Shown here one piece after another: positions 39,952 through 55,877 of a stretch of 64,000 bases of DNA. Position 1 is the stretch's first letter. Every line of letters starts with the position of its first letter. This DNA comes from Eledone cirrhosa (taxonomy: Eukaryota), in the NCBI GenBank assembly GCA_964016885.1, contig OZ024741.1, positions 99,634,001-99,698,000 of the forward strand, in the 5' to 3' direction. The position numbers and the translations under genes are program-made. Below the pieces are notes generated by a model. That model searched no databases, was not told the origin of the DNA, and worked only from the letters and a program-made list of their open reading frames with translations.

Positions 39952-41699
39952 CGAGCACATATACATTCACAGACACACACACACCACTTACATATATATA
40001 TTCATATATATATTTATATATATGGTCAATCCAAAATGTATCCTCAAATTACGCAATAAAACCGCCTGTCATTTTACTCTATCAAACAGAATCAATTTCT
40101 ATAAGGCATTATGCATTTCAACAATGGAGGAAGATTGGGGTTCATACTAGTATTCATACATTTATTTCGTGTGAAGAATCTCAAATTGCAAATCAGCCTA
40201 TTCTACTTAACACAACTTGATACCCCACAGTGTATCTCACTATGCTATATTCTATAGTAACATCTGTAGAATTATCGTCTTATGCTTTACGATCTCTGCC
40301 ATATTTGGCATTATACATAAAAAAACATAATACATTTTGGGCATCACTAGATATACATAGATGTATATAGAATATATACCGTGACGTACGCAAGCCCCCC
40401 CCCCCCATATATATATATATGTGTGTGTGCCTGTGTGTATAGATAAATATACATATATACATAATATAAATATCCATTTATATACTGCAACATATTGCAT
40501 TATATCAGTTATGGAGTTATGTTATGTTAACAACCATCATGCAATGTATTTTATTGCTTATATACTTCTTTCATTTCCCGCATATTCCATGCAGTTTTCT
40601 CATTTCGTCATCATTTACTCCACTTCTTCATGTTTTATTTATGATTTACTTCAGTATTTTTTCAAAACATTTCTTGGGATTTTGTCACGACCTTGCATTC
40701 CTGCAATTGTTTCCAATCTTCCATATCATGTTACTGCGATAAAATTTTGAAATCCCTAGATTATAATGACCGTTATCGTATAGATCTTACCAAACATAAA
40801 GCAACGACTACATATCATTAACTGCAATTTTATTATTATTATTGTTTGAAAGTTCCTTTGAATTCTGTTTTTTTTCCTAAATCATGCTGAGTGTCAACAT
40901 GACACCTGAAGCAAAATTTGATAATACATATATTTTGCAATCAAGAGCCAAATAATGCCACAACAGTAAATGTCTTTGCAAGGTTTTTTAGGTTAATAAT
41001 CCCCTTCTCAGGACATGAACAGTGACAGTCAGCACTATTTTCTTTATCCCTTGCAGATGTGGCTTACCAGGAATCTATCGTACCAGTCCACCATCCTGGA
41101 CTGGCATTTTAATCGTCTACATAAAAGGGGAAATGCAACATTGATATCAGTGGGATTTAAGCTCAGATTGCTGGAATAAAGACGCGAGGTATTTAAACCC
41201 TGGCATGCATATTAATTTACCAATTCGACGCCTAACAAAAATGATTGATATAGATGCTTTTTAACATAGGCTTAAGTCCAGAAATTGTGTGTGACGATAA
41301 GGCAAATTCACCACCCACAGTACTGCACTGGTGCTTTATTTTATCACCTGGCGGTTCAGTCATTTCGATGAAGCTTTCGAGGAATTATTGGTTGATTTCA
41401 ATGAAGAGTTCCATCCAAAATTGGGAGTAGTTGTGTCTCCGTACCTTATAGATATGGAGGATGCTAGGTTCATCCTAGATGTTACCAATGGCTGCTATTA
41501 GCAGGGAAAATCAGTCTTCACCCTGATTTTGGACAGTATTTGAGCCCAATTCGAATGAAAGAAGATCAAAACAAACAATTCCTATTATAGTAGGTGCGCA
41601 TAAACCACATACACTCGTCAGTTGCATAACCAGAATGCTATGACTTGCATATACAACATAGAGAACATATCACTTGCATGTACTGAACATATTTTACAC

Positions 41700-42330
41700 A
41701 GTCATAATAATAATATTTTCTCGACCAGGAATTATTACAGGCAAAATTGACTTCAGTGATATTTGACTTCAGAATGAAAAGAAACATAACAAATAATGTT
41801 ATCCGACGCACTAATGATTCTGTAAATCCATCAACTTTCAATCAATGAATTATATGGAGATTATGCAATATTTAGTTTAATATATAGGACAAACGTCAGC
41901 ATTAAGAATAATATTAATAAAAATCCTGACGCCACTGCAATAACCAATTATAGCGAACCATTAACAAGAATCTTGTGTAATTCTGTAGAGCATAAATAGT
42001 GGTGCATTTAATGTACTATAATACCTTGTCTGATCTTTATGGAGTTAATTACATTTGTATTATAAATATATCTTTAACTACTTGAGTCGGGATTTTGTAT
42101 AAATTCTAGTTAATAACGTTTATGAAGGATCTTTTGATGTCATTAATTTTTCTGCTTTGAAGATGCCTTCCCACGTGTGGTATATCTTGGTTGGACTTGA
42201 TGAATAAACCAGCCACTGGTTTGGAACCGATCTATATTCCATTCTATAGAAAGTTTATTGTCTAAATGACACCGTTTCCCAATGAGAAATAAAGTCATAT
42301 TCTAATTAATCGTCCGAACCCTAATGACTG
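41700..42330 (-). mobile_element. Ancient CR1/L2-like RT relic
   Basis: 42240-42125 translates GI*IGSKPVAGLFIKSNQDIP...INDIK, in register with [21 protein letters not shown]...ADDTK. Confidence 0.4.
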
Positions 42331-45300
42331 CTATTCTTAGGACTTTTGCACTTATTATTTGCTTTCAGTAATAATTAGTAGTTATTGATTATCATTTTTA
42401 CTTTTTCCGTATTAATCTCTATAGTGCTATTTGCAGTATATGCTTCCGCCGTTTCTTTGATATCATCAGATATGAGTTCTACATCAATCCCCATCGTTAC
42501 GTATCAAGTCAAGGGACAAGTGAAAAGCACACTCAATTATAGCTGTTCTTTAATGATCACTGGTAGCTTCATTAGTTCCTCTTAAGAAAAATTGACATTT
42601 AGAAAAAGCTGTTCATTTCACAGAATTCTTGACTTATGATTCTTATTACTCTTACGCATTTGGCCGAGATATATTTTCATTAATCACTAACAATAATATA
42701 TTTATTTGTCTTATTTTCTTTTCGGTTTATTATTTTTCTCCTTCGTATTAAGGAATTTCGTCCACTGTTATCTATAAAGTCCTTCCAAAATATTTGCTCT
42801 CGCATGGAAGAAATTAGCTTAGCGTAGGGTCAAATTACATCTGTAGGGTTAATGTGTTTCATATTACATATGAATCTCGCAACAAATACTTAAATGACAT
42901 TCTGTCACTTATTCACACACATCAATTCTCACACGGAATCCATTTTCACTACATTACAAATATCCTATTTTCTATTTCATTCATTGTCTACATTTTTCTT
43001 TCTTCATTTTGTTCTTTGCAGATTTAATTACATAATGCTTCCTTTTCATTCCCTCTTTCTCACAAATACATGCACTCACGCATTCGCACTTACACACATA
43101 CGTTACCTCACTCAACTAATTCTATATAATCTGCACCCTACACGTTCTCTCTTTTTAACTGAACATCCAAAGCAGGAGGACTAGAATATGTGTTGTAATC
43201 TTTCATTCTTGCATATATGACCAGAAACACACAAACACACACTCCCTTTCCTTCTCTATTACACGCTTATATATTCACTTCACATTCTTCGTGTTAGTCC
43301 GTAAGAATTAGAAGAATGCATTATGTGTTGTTTAGTTTTATTCAACCACTGCAGCAAAGCGCGTCAATAGTCTGTCCGGCCGCCAGCTAAACCAGCGAAG
43401 ATTCATATTTATTTGCCAGTCCTTTCTTAACGTTTATGACCAAGACAGTTTACTCGCCCATAACCCAATCCACTTCTATGTAAATAGATACGATAAATAA
43501 GCACATTTTACAGCTATACACAACTTCAAAACTGTACATTTAAGTAGTGTTTCGATGTCTCACATTGAGTAGTTCAACACCTTCCATGAATGTAGTTTTC
43601 CATCTGGTCGAGTTACTCAAAATCTTAACAATGATCAGGAACCTTATGTAACTCATTCTAGCTATCATCATTGATTTTCTTCGCTTCTTTTCCTTATACA
43701 TATTTGTAATAAGAGCGATAAAAGCTTATCTATTAAGATAAACAATCTTCTGGATCGATCAACATTTATTGCTAAGTTTGTTTTCATTCTAGGAGGATTG
43801 CTAAGAAATTCAATTTCTGATATCCTTGCTGCTTTTAAGATTTCGCTTTGATAAATACGAAAGAAAAGATTTATTTAGAAATTCCAATAATATCCACTGC
43901 AAAGCTTCACCATATTCGTCTTCGCTGCGCCCACCACATAAACACGCTAACAATTCGATATCTCTAAACTTTCACACGGTACACCACAGCAGAACCAGCA
44001 ATGCAATATATAAAACGATGATGACTGTATATCGGAATATATTAAAGTATGAATGTTAACATATGCTTTCAATCGGAGGAGATTGTGGACATAGGTATTC
44101 GCAACCATAAGCAGCCATACGCTAATGAGCATGAAAATGTGCACAATGCAAGGAGAAATGCGGTAGAATGATGTTTTGACAGTTGATGTTCTGAGGAAGA
44201 AAAACTGAGCACATTAATTACTGCTGAGTCTAGAATAAGAGACATAAAAAGAGTGAGAATCGGAGACAATTCGAGAGACTTGTCTGGAAGTTATATACAA
44301 CTGATCTGTTCCGAAAAGCCGAGAACATTGCAGTAGCCGAAAATGCAACATAATATACAACTTCTGCTGGGAATTGTAGTGAGTGAGTTAGCGTCGAATC
44401 AATTGGCAGGCTTTCTTTAGAATACGAGGTATAACGATTCTGTGCTGCAGCAACATAGTTCTAGTTGTTGAAACTGTATTATGTTGTGGAAGTTGAATTT
44501 TGTAGGTCATCAAAAGCTGTGTGGAAAATCATTAAATACTATCCCGTGTTTTTCAATATACTGGATATGATGTCACCATCAGAGGTCGTCAGTAAGGGGA
44601 GCCAATCGTGGCTTTAATTACATGTCGTCTATCATTAGGGAGGTTGGAGTAGAAGAGATTCTTCTCGATATGTGTAAAGATTATGTTTTTATGATAACAT
44701 TTATAGGGATCTATAAAATCAAGGTAAGTATTAAGATGGATCTGCAAATTATTTTATCTACTATATTTGCTTTACTCCTGAAATACATATCACCATATTA
44801 GAGAAAAAACATTATTTTTCTCCCAGCACAATATTCTAGGTATAACGTTTCTATTAAAATGCTAAATACAAAAATAAAACATCAACATTTTCATCATCAT
44901 TACCATAATCAACCAGTATATCAACAACGCCAGCACTAACAGTGATAACAAAAATATGTATACAAAGAAAGAAAACAAATACAGAATACAAGAAGAGAAA
45001 AAGCAGCATTACTGTAGCTTGGATCTATTCTTTGCATGAAATGAATAGAAACCATCTATTCTGGTATTATTGTACCAATGTCTCCACGAATCATGTTCAG
45101 GCTGCGTAAGAACCTATTTCTAATTGTCGTTATGTGAATGTTTAATTTTAACATCAATAAACGTTGATGTTGTTGTTGTAGCTCTCCTGTTTGTGCTTTT
45201 TTTTAATTTTATTTTTTTACAAAAAAGTTTTGATTAACCATGTTTGTTTTTTTCTTATCTGCTTTACATATTTTTGTTCGAAATAAATACTGCATACTGC

Positions 45301-45395
45301 TTCACACAGAATTGGAAAATACATGTACACGCACACACACACACTCACACATATATATATGTATAAATACATTAACATATGTATATATACATACA

Positions 45396-45453
<58 letters not shown>

Positions 45454-45786
45454 CATGTGTGTGTGTATGTGCGTGTGTGTGTGTGTACATAAAGTTACAA
45501 ATAATCCTTTTGAAACAGAAAACTTTAAAATTATATTCCACAATTGGCTCCACCATATATATTTAGATTGTTTTAGTATAACTAGTAGCATAAATAGATT
45601 TATGTAAATCTTACTTTCTTATTTTATGAAATAGAAACTATATAATTCACAAATAGTAAATCAATTCTTCAAATTCAGCAATCTTTATGAAAAGGAAGGA
45701 GAAAAGGAAAGGAAAACGTATATCACTCGATCTCAACCCATCTCAAACGTGAGAAACCCTTAAAATATTTAGTCTATTTTTCATGA

Positions 45787-45903
45787 GGGTCGGATGCCTT
45801 GCTTTACAGCATAGAGTTACGGCCCTTTGCGGTCTGAGTTCAAATCCCACCGAGGTTACCTTCTCATTTCATCCTCACAGTGTCGATAAGTAGAAACAAT
45901 TAT
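45787..45903 (+). mobile_element. Internally deleted SINE copy
   Basis: gtcggatgcc.tgcttt..agcatagagttacggcccttt..gtctgagttcaaatccc...agtagaaacaattatt. Confidence 0.75.
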
Positions 45904-46582
45904 TACATATTATGGTTTATGTACAATAGTCTTGTCAGTATCGTGATGAGAATGGAATAATCAATGGTTCACTATATTCTCTTACCACAAATTTGCAATA
46001 TACACTGAAATCGGAAATCTTCATAATGCAAACGTAGAAAACACTGCAACCAAATAGTGATTGTATATATGATATTTATTTTTGAATAAAAAAAGAAAAC
46101 ATGACTTTCGCCAACAAATACAATACGATATTGTTTTGTAGGCCTTTCACACACGGAAACCAATGACCAGAATCTAACTATTGAGATGAAATATATTGAT
46201 AAGTGAATCCCTATTGCGAAGCCAATTTCAAACGGAGAAATGATAGTTAAGCTGTGGATACATTATTACATCATGTTGGTTGCACATAGTTGAAGTATGA
46301 GTGTTTACGAAGGTTTTAAGAATACAAACGTGCTTTAACTAAAAAATTAATTTTCCCGTTCCTTTTTCTATCATTCTCTAGCTTTCTATTTCATCTTTTA
46401 TTTCTCATTTTATCTCCTGATACCGGTTCGAAATATAAAGACACTTTACCTACTATATCAAACGTTAAACTAATATATTTCTTCATTGTACTGTATTGTT
46501 TAATTTGTTTTTTCCGTTCACCTTTTACATATATACATATATATATATGTGTGTGTGCGCGTGCCTGTATATATACACCCCC

Positions 46583-46676
<94 letters not shown>

Positions 46677-46853
46677 TATGTATGTATACGTACATACATA
46701 TATCTATATAGACGTACAGTAGCATGCATATATATATATACATACAGGTACACATACATATATGTACGTATCAGTTTAGCGGACGTTTATTATAACGCCC
46801 GCTTTTGCCGTACTAAGAGTGAGAAATGAAATTTCGTTTTCATTCTATTACAA

Positions 46854-46957
<104 letters not shown>

Positions 46958-47659
46958 CGTGCGTGCTTATATGACTTATATAAGTTTGAAATTATTTAGA
47001 AATTGTAAGAATCCTAAATGCACAAAATAATAGCTTAAAAAATCAGGTAAATTACCCCCTCCCCGTTTATATGTAAATATCATTATAACAGAGACAGCTA
47101 CGTGAATAACGTAGGATTATTTAATGGTGCAATCTAGATGCATGTTAGGGAGCAACAAAGTAGAAAACAGGATAAGAATTGATGGATATTTGTCAAATGA
47201 TATACTTCTTATTGTGAAGCATATGCATCAATTTATCTACCTGTTTAACCTTGAACCAAACATGATCAAGCAGAGTTTTAATCAACTTATTTCCATTCAT
47301 ATCTATCCTTTGTTTCCTTTGGTTGTAGATTCTGAGAACCATATTATGCAACGCGCGTTCTTATACAGATGATTTGCGGAAGATATTTGGAATTTAAGAT
47401 TGCGATTTCTAGAATATCAAGGGAATCCCTAGGAAAAACATGAGCTGGAGACGAGGGTTGAGAGTAGGTGTTAGGAATAAGGAAAATTATTATGGGTTTC
47501 TGCAATGCAATACTTATTTTCTAATCTAATTACAATCGAAGCAGTGTTTAATAGGGCAAATTAATGCATAAGGAATATTTAAATACGCTTATATAAAGTT
47601 GCGGTAACTTGTTTATATTTAGCTCGACAGAAACCAATCATCGCGCAGATAGCTGCTGC

Positions 47660-48100
47660 TGCTCATGATGATGGTGGTGATGGTGATGATAATGCTGACG
47701 ATGATGACAGTGATGATGAATATGATTGTGATCAGGATGATGGCGTTTCTGAAGACGAAGTTGATGATGTCGATAATGATGTATTGTTGATAGTGATCGT
47801 TGCCAGGATTAAATATATTGATGTTGATGAGAGCGATGGTAATGATAAATATTTGTGTCATTATTGAGTTGAGGATAATGATAAGAATAATGAAAATATA
47901 GATAATACGGGAAAAGATATGATAATGGCGGTGATGATGATGATGATGATCATGATCATGACGATGATGATGATGATGATGATGACTATGATAACGATGA
48001 CAATGGTGTTGATTACTATGATGATGATGATAGTGATGTTGACGGTGATGATGATTATGATGATGATCATGATAAATACGACTACGATGAGGATGATAAT
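47660..48100. repeat. Degenerate (GAT)n microsatellite
   Basis: Visible directly. Confidence 0.9.
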
Positions 48101-51100
48101 GAATTCCAAGAAATCATCATTTATCACACGCGTCTCATTGTCCATTGTAGCAGCTTTCAAAACAACATTTGTTCCAGTATTTTGTTTAGTTTCTACTCCA
48201 TCTTATCCAATTTAAATCCCATTTCTCGCCCTTAGCCATTTATCCTCTTCACACACATTATCATTGCTTCTTGTCTACGTCTTTTCTTAATCGTCCACTT
48301 CATTAGTCACATTGTAATTCTGTTTCTTTTCTCACTACTCTTGATTCATTTGCCGTATTTGCCCCCCAAACTATCATATAGTGTCCTACATATTCGGTCA
48401 ATTAAACATTTGTCTTGCTCTAGATCAACTTCTTTTGTCCTAATTGCCAACTATTGAACTACATTAATCAGTCATTTCGTGGTCCTGTCCACTAAAATGA
48501 CCCGTTCATTGGTTGCATTACTATATTTTTCTTGATCCTACTATTGTACCCGAACCCGTTTCTCTATCCGGTCCAACGCGTATTTAATTTCAATGACCCA
48601 TATTATCATGTGGGTTAGATCAGCCGATTATCAGAAATATTTCAAATATTCTTATATATTAGGCCTGTTAACTAGAATATATCTTTGGGTATATTTACAG
48701 AATTTTTACAAACTGTTAGTCACATAGCAACAATGATTCAGACAGGAATCGATGTCTCATTTTCATTTTCAATTTCTCCACAATACGTTTCACACCTCGA
48801 TAATATCAATAATATGTTTGGGGAAGAGAAACCTCGATTAAACAGACACCAGTACTTGATCAAATTTGGCTCCGGCAAGATTTGCTATCAGAAAGAAATC
48901 AGAAGGAATAGATATTTCAATGCAGTTGTCCACGTTTCCATCGATTCTGCCAATGCTCTTTTCTTGCCCCGAGGGCATATTCATACCAACAGAAAGGCGT
49001 AGAAAGAGTGTTCCAAAAATGTATAAATATACAAAATACGAAGGTCCATAAAAGAAGCCATGCCTTATATTAATGCATTTAACACATGTAGAAATGTACA
49101 TAAAACTGTAAACGAATTTGTAAATTAACAGATATAAAATAAAGCTCTCTATATAAACGAGTAAGTGAAACACAAGTGTGAAAACAAGATATCTGAATTT
49201 TCTCTGGCATACCACGAACCTAACTATTTTTCTCTCCCATATCCTATATATCCAGCTACTCAGTTAACGATGTAATAATATCAAATGACTATGATATCCT
49301 ACATGGAACTGAAATCTAAGGACTAATATCGATCTTGAAAATTAAGAATGTATTTACATGTTCATTTTTTATTTGTGGAACTAGAATGGCACAGATCCTT
49401 TTTATAACAATATTCACAAATTAAATAGAAGTAGAGAAAAAAGTATATTCAAGAAACTAGTGGTATTAGAATCCGTAAACATTGGTAGAGGATTCAACCA
49501 TTGCATATAGTGAAAATTTACATTTGTTTTCTAACCTTAAACTCGTTATATTACTGTGAATTCCTATTGTAAATTCTCTTAAGCATCAACACTTATATAA
49601 GAATATTCTCTAAGATCTATGTAGTAATTGCTACAAATAAAGAAAAGCTTCGTGTGTTTCGGAAACCATGAATTATAAAGTTGAAAATAACTACACTAAA
49701 AAACATTACCCGGACGAAACGATTTAGAAAACAAGTCAACATGATGCTAAAAAAAAAAAAACGAAATAAGAGAAAAAATAACACGTAATTCCAAAACATA
49801 TTAAAGAAAATCACAGAGCAAAAAATCTATTCCTTAGCAAATACTTTAGGTGGCTCAGCAAAAAAAAAAAGTGAAATACAACAATGGCTTAAAATCTTTT
49901 CGATAAAAGTGAAACCCTGCCTCATTTTAATAGCACAGCATAAATGGTTAGCAACAAGTAAAAAGATAAAAATGTATTCATCAAAATAGATTCTAACAGC
50001 AAAGCCGGAAAATAAGCAATTGTTAGAATGAGAAAATTGGCCATATGATCTCTGGCTTCCCATCTTTGCTTATTCCTCGTCAAGTATTTGTAAAAAAACG
50101 TGGTATATGACATCAACCTTACCACAAAGATGTGCAATGGGAGAAGGAACAAATATTCTTCGCGTTTCGACGACTTTGCCTTAAACACTGAAACCACTAC
50201 TAGAGACATGTTAGAAATTTATTAGAGGTATTCAGTTGTAGTCATCATCTTATGTTACTAGTGACAATTGAATCGTGTGTATCTATCTCTTTACATTTCT
50301 ATCCTGTACAAATGTTTTAAAAAAACTATTATTATTTTTAATGAACGGTATCATGTGGCAGGATTTCCCATGATATAGAATTAACACGATTCTTCCGTAT
50401 AAGGGAGTGGTGTGGCTCAGCTTTCGTAAGGGGTCCTGTTCACATTCTTACGTCCCAAAATGTGCTACTCTTTATTTTATTCAACTATATCATAGTTGCC
50501 TTTTAATGGTAGAGAAACTGTCACGCATGCATACTGTAATTTAAGGATTGTTGGGCTATCATTCCCATCAGATCAAACGACACTATAGAAGATCGGGCTG
50601 AGTTCATATAAGAACATTTTAAAATCATTTATGCTCCATGATTTCTCACCTCATTTCTTTCAGATCTATTATAAATACTGTTTTGCGTTGAACATAATTA
50701 CGGAGAATCAGAAGATTAAACAGCTCCGTTGTAATTGATGACGCAGTTGTCTTTCCACCAGATTTATTGAGTTATTGGTTTGCAATCTATGACTACAGCT
50801 ATTAAATTAATGACTGCACAATGACTAGTTGACTCAGAATAAAGGGTTATATGGGCCCATGGAAAATACTTGCTTGACAATGAAGTAGTTATGAAAGTAT
50901 TACTGCTTTAAATACTCACGGCGAGCCTAAATATAAGAATATTAAACTAACATATTGCATAATCATATGCAATCATAACAAGAAAATGAATTTGAATTCT
51001 TCTATGATCAGGTAGTTTAACTATAAATCGACACAATGTGACAGTTAGCTAACACTGCAATAAACATCACCGAAATCAGTAAAGAAGCAAAGACATTTCC

Positions 51101-51148
51101 CCACAAGATTAGAGGTCTCACCAGGTTATATTATTATTGTGCTTTAGA

Positions 51149-51335
51149 AGGGCGGTGGATTGGCAGTATCGGTAGAGAGTCGGACGTCATGCTTTGACGC
51201 ATAGAGTTACGGCCCTTTCCATCTGAGTTCAAATCCCGCCGAGGTCAACTTTGCCTTTCATCGTTATGGAGTCGATAAAATAAAGTACCAGTAATGTACT
51301 GGGTAATTGCTGGCCTTGTGCCAAAAGTAGAAACA
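51149..51335 (+). mobile_element. Full-length tRNA-derived SINE with 19-bp TSD
   Basis: A box TGGCAGTATCGG and B box GAGTTCAAATCC. The TSD attattattgtgc(t/c)ttaga is at 51130-51148 and 51336-51354. Confidence 0.9.
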
Positions 51336-53674
51336 ATTATTATTGTGCCTTAGACACTTGTGAAACATAAATTTACAGCGTAACCGTCCCGTATGTTTCG
51401 GGTTATCTTATGGGGCCTTATTATTAAATATAGCTTTGGCTGCTATTCCTAAGAGCAAGTGTGGTCACTAATTTGCACTTCATATAGGGTGTTTATAAAA
51501 AAATATATCCGTGTAAGATGCCAACTTACATTACACATTATTGATGTGTTCAACATCATCTCTCCTGTGACAATATTGTTCAAATGTAACAGGTTTAATA
51601 GCTGTTGTACCCTGGTTTCCCCCCTTGATAGTTTATATAATGTATTGTTGTTGTTGAATAGCTATCATTTATACAAATCTTTGAACAAGTAATGATGAGT
51701 GACATGATATTAATGATGATCAAAAACATCATTATCAACAGATTATTCTAACATTTACTTTAATATTGTTTGCTTCACTTGGATCATTTATTAAGATTTC
51801 TTAGATTTAAATTATATATAGAATTACATTTCTATTTTGCAAAATTATATATTTAAATTATATATTGAATTACATTTCTATTTTTCACACCTCATAATTA
51901 ACAAACTACATTACGTTTCGTTTGGTTCTTGTTACATTTTTGTATTGGCATGGACTGATTTGTTTTCGGCATTTTTCTCTAGTTTCGTTTTGTGTTATTT
52001 TCACTTCACCCAGCATGAAATTGGGCGAGAAAAAGAGCAAGTTTGATGCAGATTTCAGAATACATCTCAACTATACTGAACAGTTTTTGACACAACAAAA
52101 CGGTATATGAGCCGGAAAATAATACATTAGTAGAGGGAATGTAATGGAGATAAATACACAAAATAAAAGAGTAAAAATGTCTGCTACACAGTATAATGTA
52201 CACGTTTATTCCTATATTACAACGTTGTATTTATCTACCATGGATGTATTTAACTACCATGCATTTGGAAAGTAATGTAAACAATGAGAAAATAGCCGAT
52301 AAATCGGAATCTGAAAACGATTAACACTGACACAGTCCTTCTGCAAAGAAAATAAACCAGCAACAAAGAGAATAAAAATAATATAAGTGAGCTGACATGG
52401 ATTCAATGGTAGCTATTTTCCTTCTATGTCATATGCCATTTTGTTTACATACATAGTTACAACAGCGTTAAGGCCCATTTAACATGAATTGTTTCGGTCT
52501 AAAAGCATTCTTTAGTTATATAACTAATACATGAAGCATTGTAATCACAGACCATATCAGAGTATCCAGCGTCATTATTTCAGTGGATTCGTTCTGTCAT
52601 TTGTGTTTGTAGAAAAAAGTGTAGATCTTTTTTAATCTTAAAGTGTTTCTTCTCACATTCATTTATTTTGAAATGTTAGTGAAACTGCATTATAGCATAA
52701 TGGTAACATATAAATCATCGGTATGCATTAACCAATATAATAACTTTCAAGAAGTAGTAGGAGTTCATACGGAATTGAAGGGAAACAATTTCACAGGATT
52801 AAGATACGCCAATTAAGCTCTGTTAAGTAAACTTCTAATCAAAGGAGTTCCAATTGTTTCTAATCTATCTTTGTTGTTATACAATATACCCAAGTTAATT
52901 AAGGTTTGATTTGGGGGAGCTCTGGTGGCTATTTCTTGCAGGTTGAGCAACCGCAAATAATTCCCTCGTTTCGTAGAACAGATATTTAAAGAATCCCAGT
53001 TGGATATAGTTAATTTATCACTGTTAACCGCAGAATGGAAATTAATGACCTATTTATACTTAGGTACATATTCCAATTATCTTCAGATTGTGATGTCCAT
53101 CATGATTTTCGAAATGTTCTTCAGTGCTAATTAAATTATACTTCAAAGCATACAGAAAAGAACCTGGCTGGGAGAATTGACAGGTTCATAAAAACAAAAG
53201 TATTGATTTCGTTTTTGTACACAAAAGATAAAAATGTTTAGTAGTAGTATATAATTGATGAGATCGATCACAATATATAACTTGAAGATATTTCATCAAT
53301 CAATTCATGTCAGATGAAAGTCATAAATGCTCTGCCGAATTATGAACTGGCAAATTAACATGTTTTAATCTCTCAACCACAAAATATTAAAAGTAATATT
53401 GTTTGTTCATGGCAAAATCTAATTAAATTATCGATATCCATAAATCGAATTGTTTAAGATGGCGTTGTTATGAAATCACGTTCCCTGTAAATTATTTACA
53501 GGGAACGCGATTTACAAGGAACGCGCACTGGAATGCAGAAGCTAGTAGCCATGTTTTATGAGTTATACACTAAAATGTTAGGATTATATCTATACACACA
53601 CACATACACAAACACCCACATACACAAGCACACACACACATCTTTATATATAAATATATATATACATATATATA

Positions 53675-54975
53675 CCTCCATCCCACCACCCCGCAACTAA
53701 CATCACTAACACCCCCTGACCCCAAGCACACGAACACACGCACCCACTTACACCACCCACCCCACATGCAACTAACATCACTAACACTCCCCAACCCCAC
53801 GCACACGTACCCACACACCCTCGTACACTACCAACTCTACACACCCTACCACCACTAACCCCCACTCACACCTGCATTCAACCCTTTCTCCACCTCCCGT
53901 ATACTAACACCCACTAACACTCCCTTCATCAAACTACACACACACCAGTACACCACACTCCCTCCATTGACCCCCACATCCTTCTCTCCCCGCTCCACCT
54001 ACACCCTTTCTCCCCACTCACTCATCCCACTAACACCTCTACTAATACACACACACCCTCCTCACTCCAACTTTCACACTTACCCATCCTCACCCCTTTA
54101 CCATTCCGCCCGACTGCTGCTATGCCCTCTGACCACCTCCCAGCACAAACAGACACACAGCACTCCCACCGCCTTGACCACTTCCTGTTGCCCGCGCACC
54201 CCACATCTCTCCTCTTCCGACCATCTCTTCATGGAATACTCGTATGTGGAACTTGACCACCGTGGAATCTACTACCATCATAGCAGTTTACCAACATTTC
54301 AACCACATCCTCTTACGGAATCACCTATATAACTCACCCACAAACACACTCCCACATATTTTTTTCTCCCACACGCCACCCACACCCACAACAGGCTTAA
54401 ACCCCACACACACGTGCATTCCACCACATATTTAGACCTTCAGCCTCCAGATTCCTCTCCCCCCACCCCTCTATCCACACACGCACACACACTCCAACCT
54501 ACACCCCACCCCACACCACCTCTTCCTGAACATGCAACCCCGTTCTTCCCCCAACCCTTGCTTTCACATACACACACACACACACACGTACACCTACACA
54601 CACACACACCACCTTCAGCCCTCCCGTCTCCCTTCCCCCACTCCACCCTTCCCCACCCCTACACACCCCACACCCTTCCACCACCTGTTTTACCCCTTTT
54701 TAATTTCAGTTTATTTTCATCATGCTTTTATATTTATTTCTATTTCATTTCATTTTATTTTGATCATGCTTTAATTTTATTTTTATTTTAATTTCATTCG
54801 CACCGTTTCCTCCCACCCCCTTTTCGCTATATGTCTCTCCACCACTCCCCTACACACCCTTTGAACTATCTTCCCACACACTTCTCACCTGAGGAAGCGC
54901 TTATGCCCGAAACGTCGTTCCCCACCACACCCCACTCTCCAGAGCGTGAAATTAATAAACATTCGTATATTACGT
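53675..54975 (+). mobile_element. C/A-rich repeat ending in a minimal hammerhead and AATAAA; probable PLE 3' UTR/pseudo-LTR
   Basis: Longer homologue of 4536-5345 that begins after a (TA)-rich tract. Hammerhead-like motif at 54886-54919. Confidence 0.7.
54886..54919 (+). ncRNA. Minimal hammerhead-like motif (decayed)
   Basis: cAC-CTGAGGA-a-GcGC ttat GCcC-GAAA-CG-TC-GTt has an intact core, a palindromic ACGT stem III, and one mismatch each in stems I and II. Confidence 0.6.
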
Positions 54976-55840
54976 TTCCTGGATTGTGAAAATGGTGGTG
55001 TATACAAAAACCATAACATTATTTTGCTTCTCATTTATAATATTTCTCTGCACACAAGCTTCTTTATCATACACAAAAAATACTTTACCACTACAATCTC
55101 CATAATACTCTTGATTACCCGCTTAAAGTGCTTGTATTGCATATAACACCTTGCCGCACAATAATCTTATATAAATAAGACACACGTGCATGCCCCACGT
55201 GTAACTATTGCATGCACTAACTACTTCAACTGACTAACAAACTATCCTCTTGCATTATCTTCGTAAACTGCCGATGTTGTATTTTAACTTTAATTTTGTT
55301 TTAATATGATTTTAATTTTTGAATTTAAATTGCCATGCAAAAATATTATAATGGATGTCACCCCACTGTGCATCAATATATACATATGTATCTGTATGTC
55401 GCTTGTGTTGGAAAGGAGGTCATGTATGTAATCAATCATTGAAAAATTGCTCCGAAGACTCCAAAGCTCGGTTTGGACGAAATAATTGTAAGCTAATAAA
55501 TGGTTTGAACAGAACTTTGATTCATGTGATTTCTATATAACTGCTCTGTAGAGCAACTGATGTTATTACATTGAGCTATTTATCTTACTGGTAATAAGGT
55601 AGTAATAGATTACTGTCTTTCACTGTTTAGGGTTTAAAATATATATAACTATAAACAGTTTTAGTATATACCTAACCATAAATAGTATCCTTAATACTAT
55701 ATATATATATATATTTAATATATGGTGGTTGTTTACTGTATGCAGAATGGAACACTAGACGAAGTACGCAGGTTGGTTTGTTTACTCCGGAGTTATGTTA
55801 AATAAGTCAAAAATGTAAAATTTTACATGTTTGACTTATT

Positions 55841-55877
<37 letters not shown>

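Noticed and set aside
48685-49520. Faint resemblance to an Academ-type XPG domain (AMPYINAFNTC versus HAFTGCD)
   Set aside because: Too degenerate to support without a profile search.
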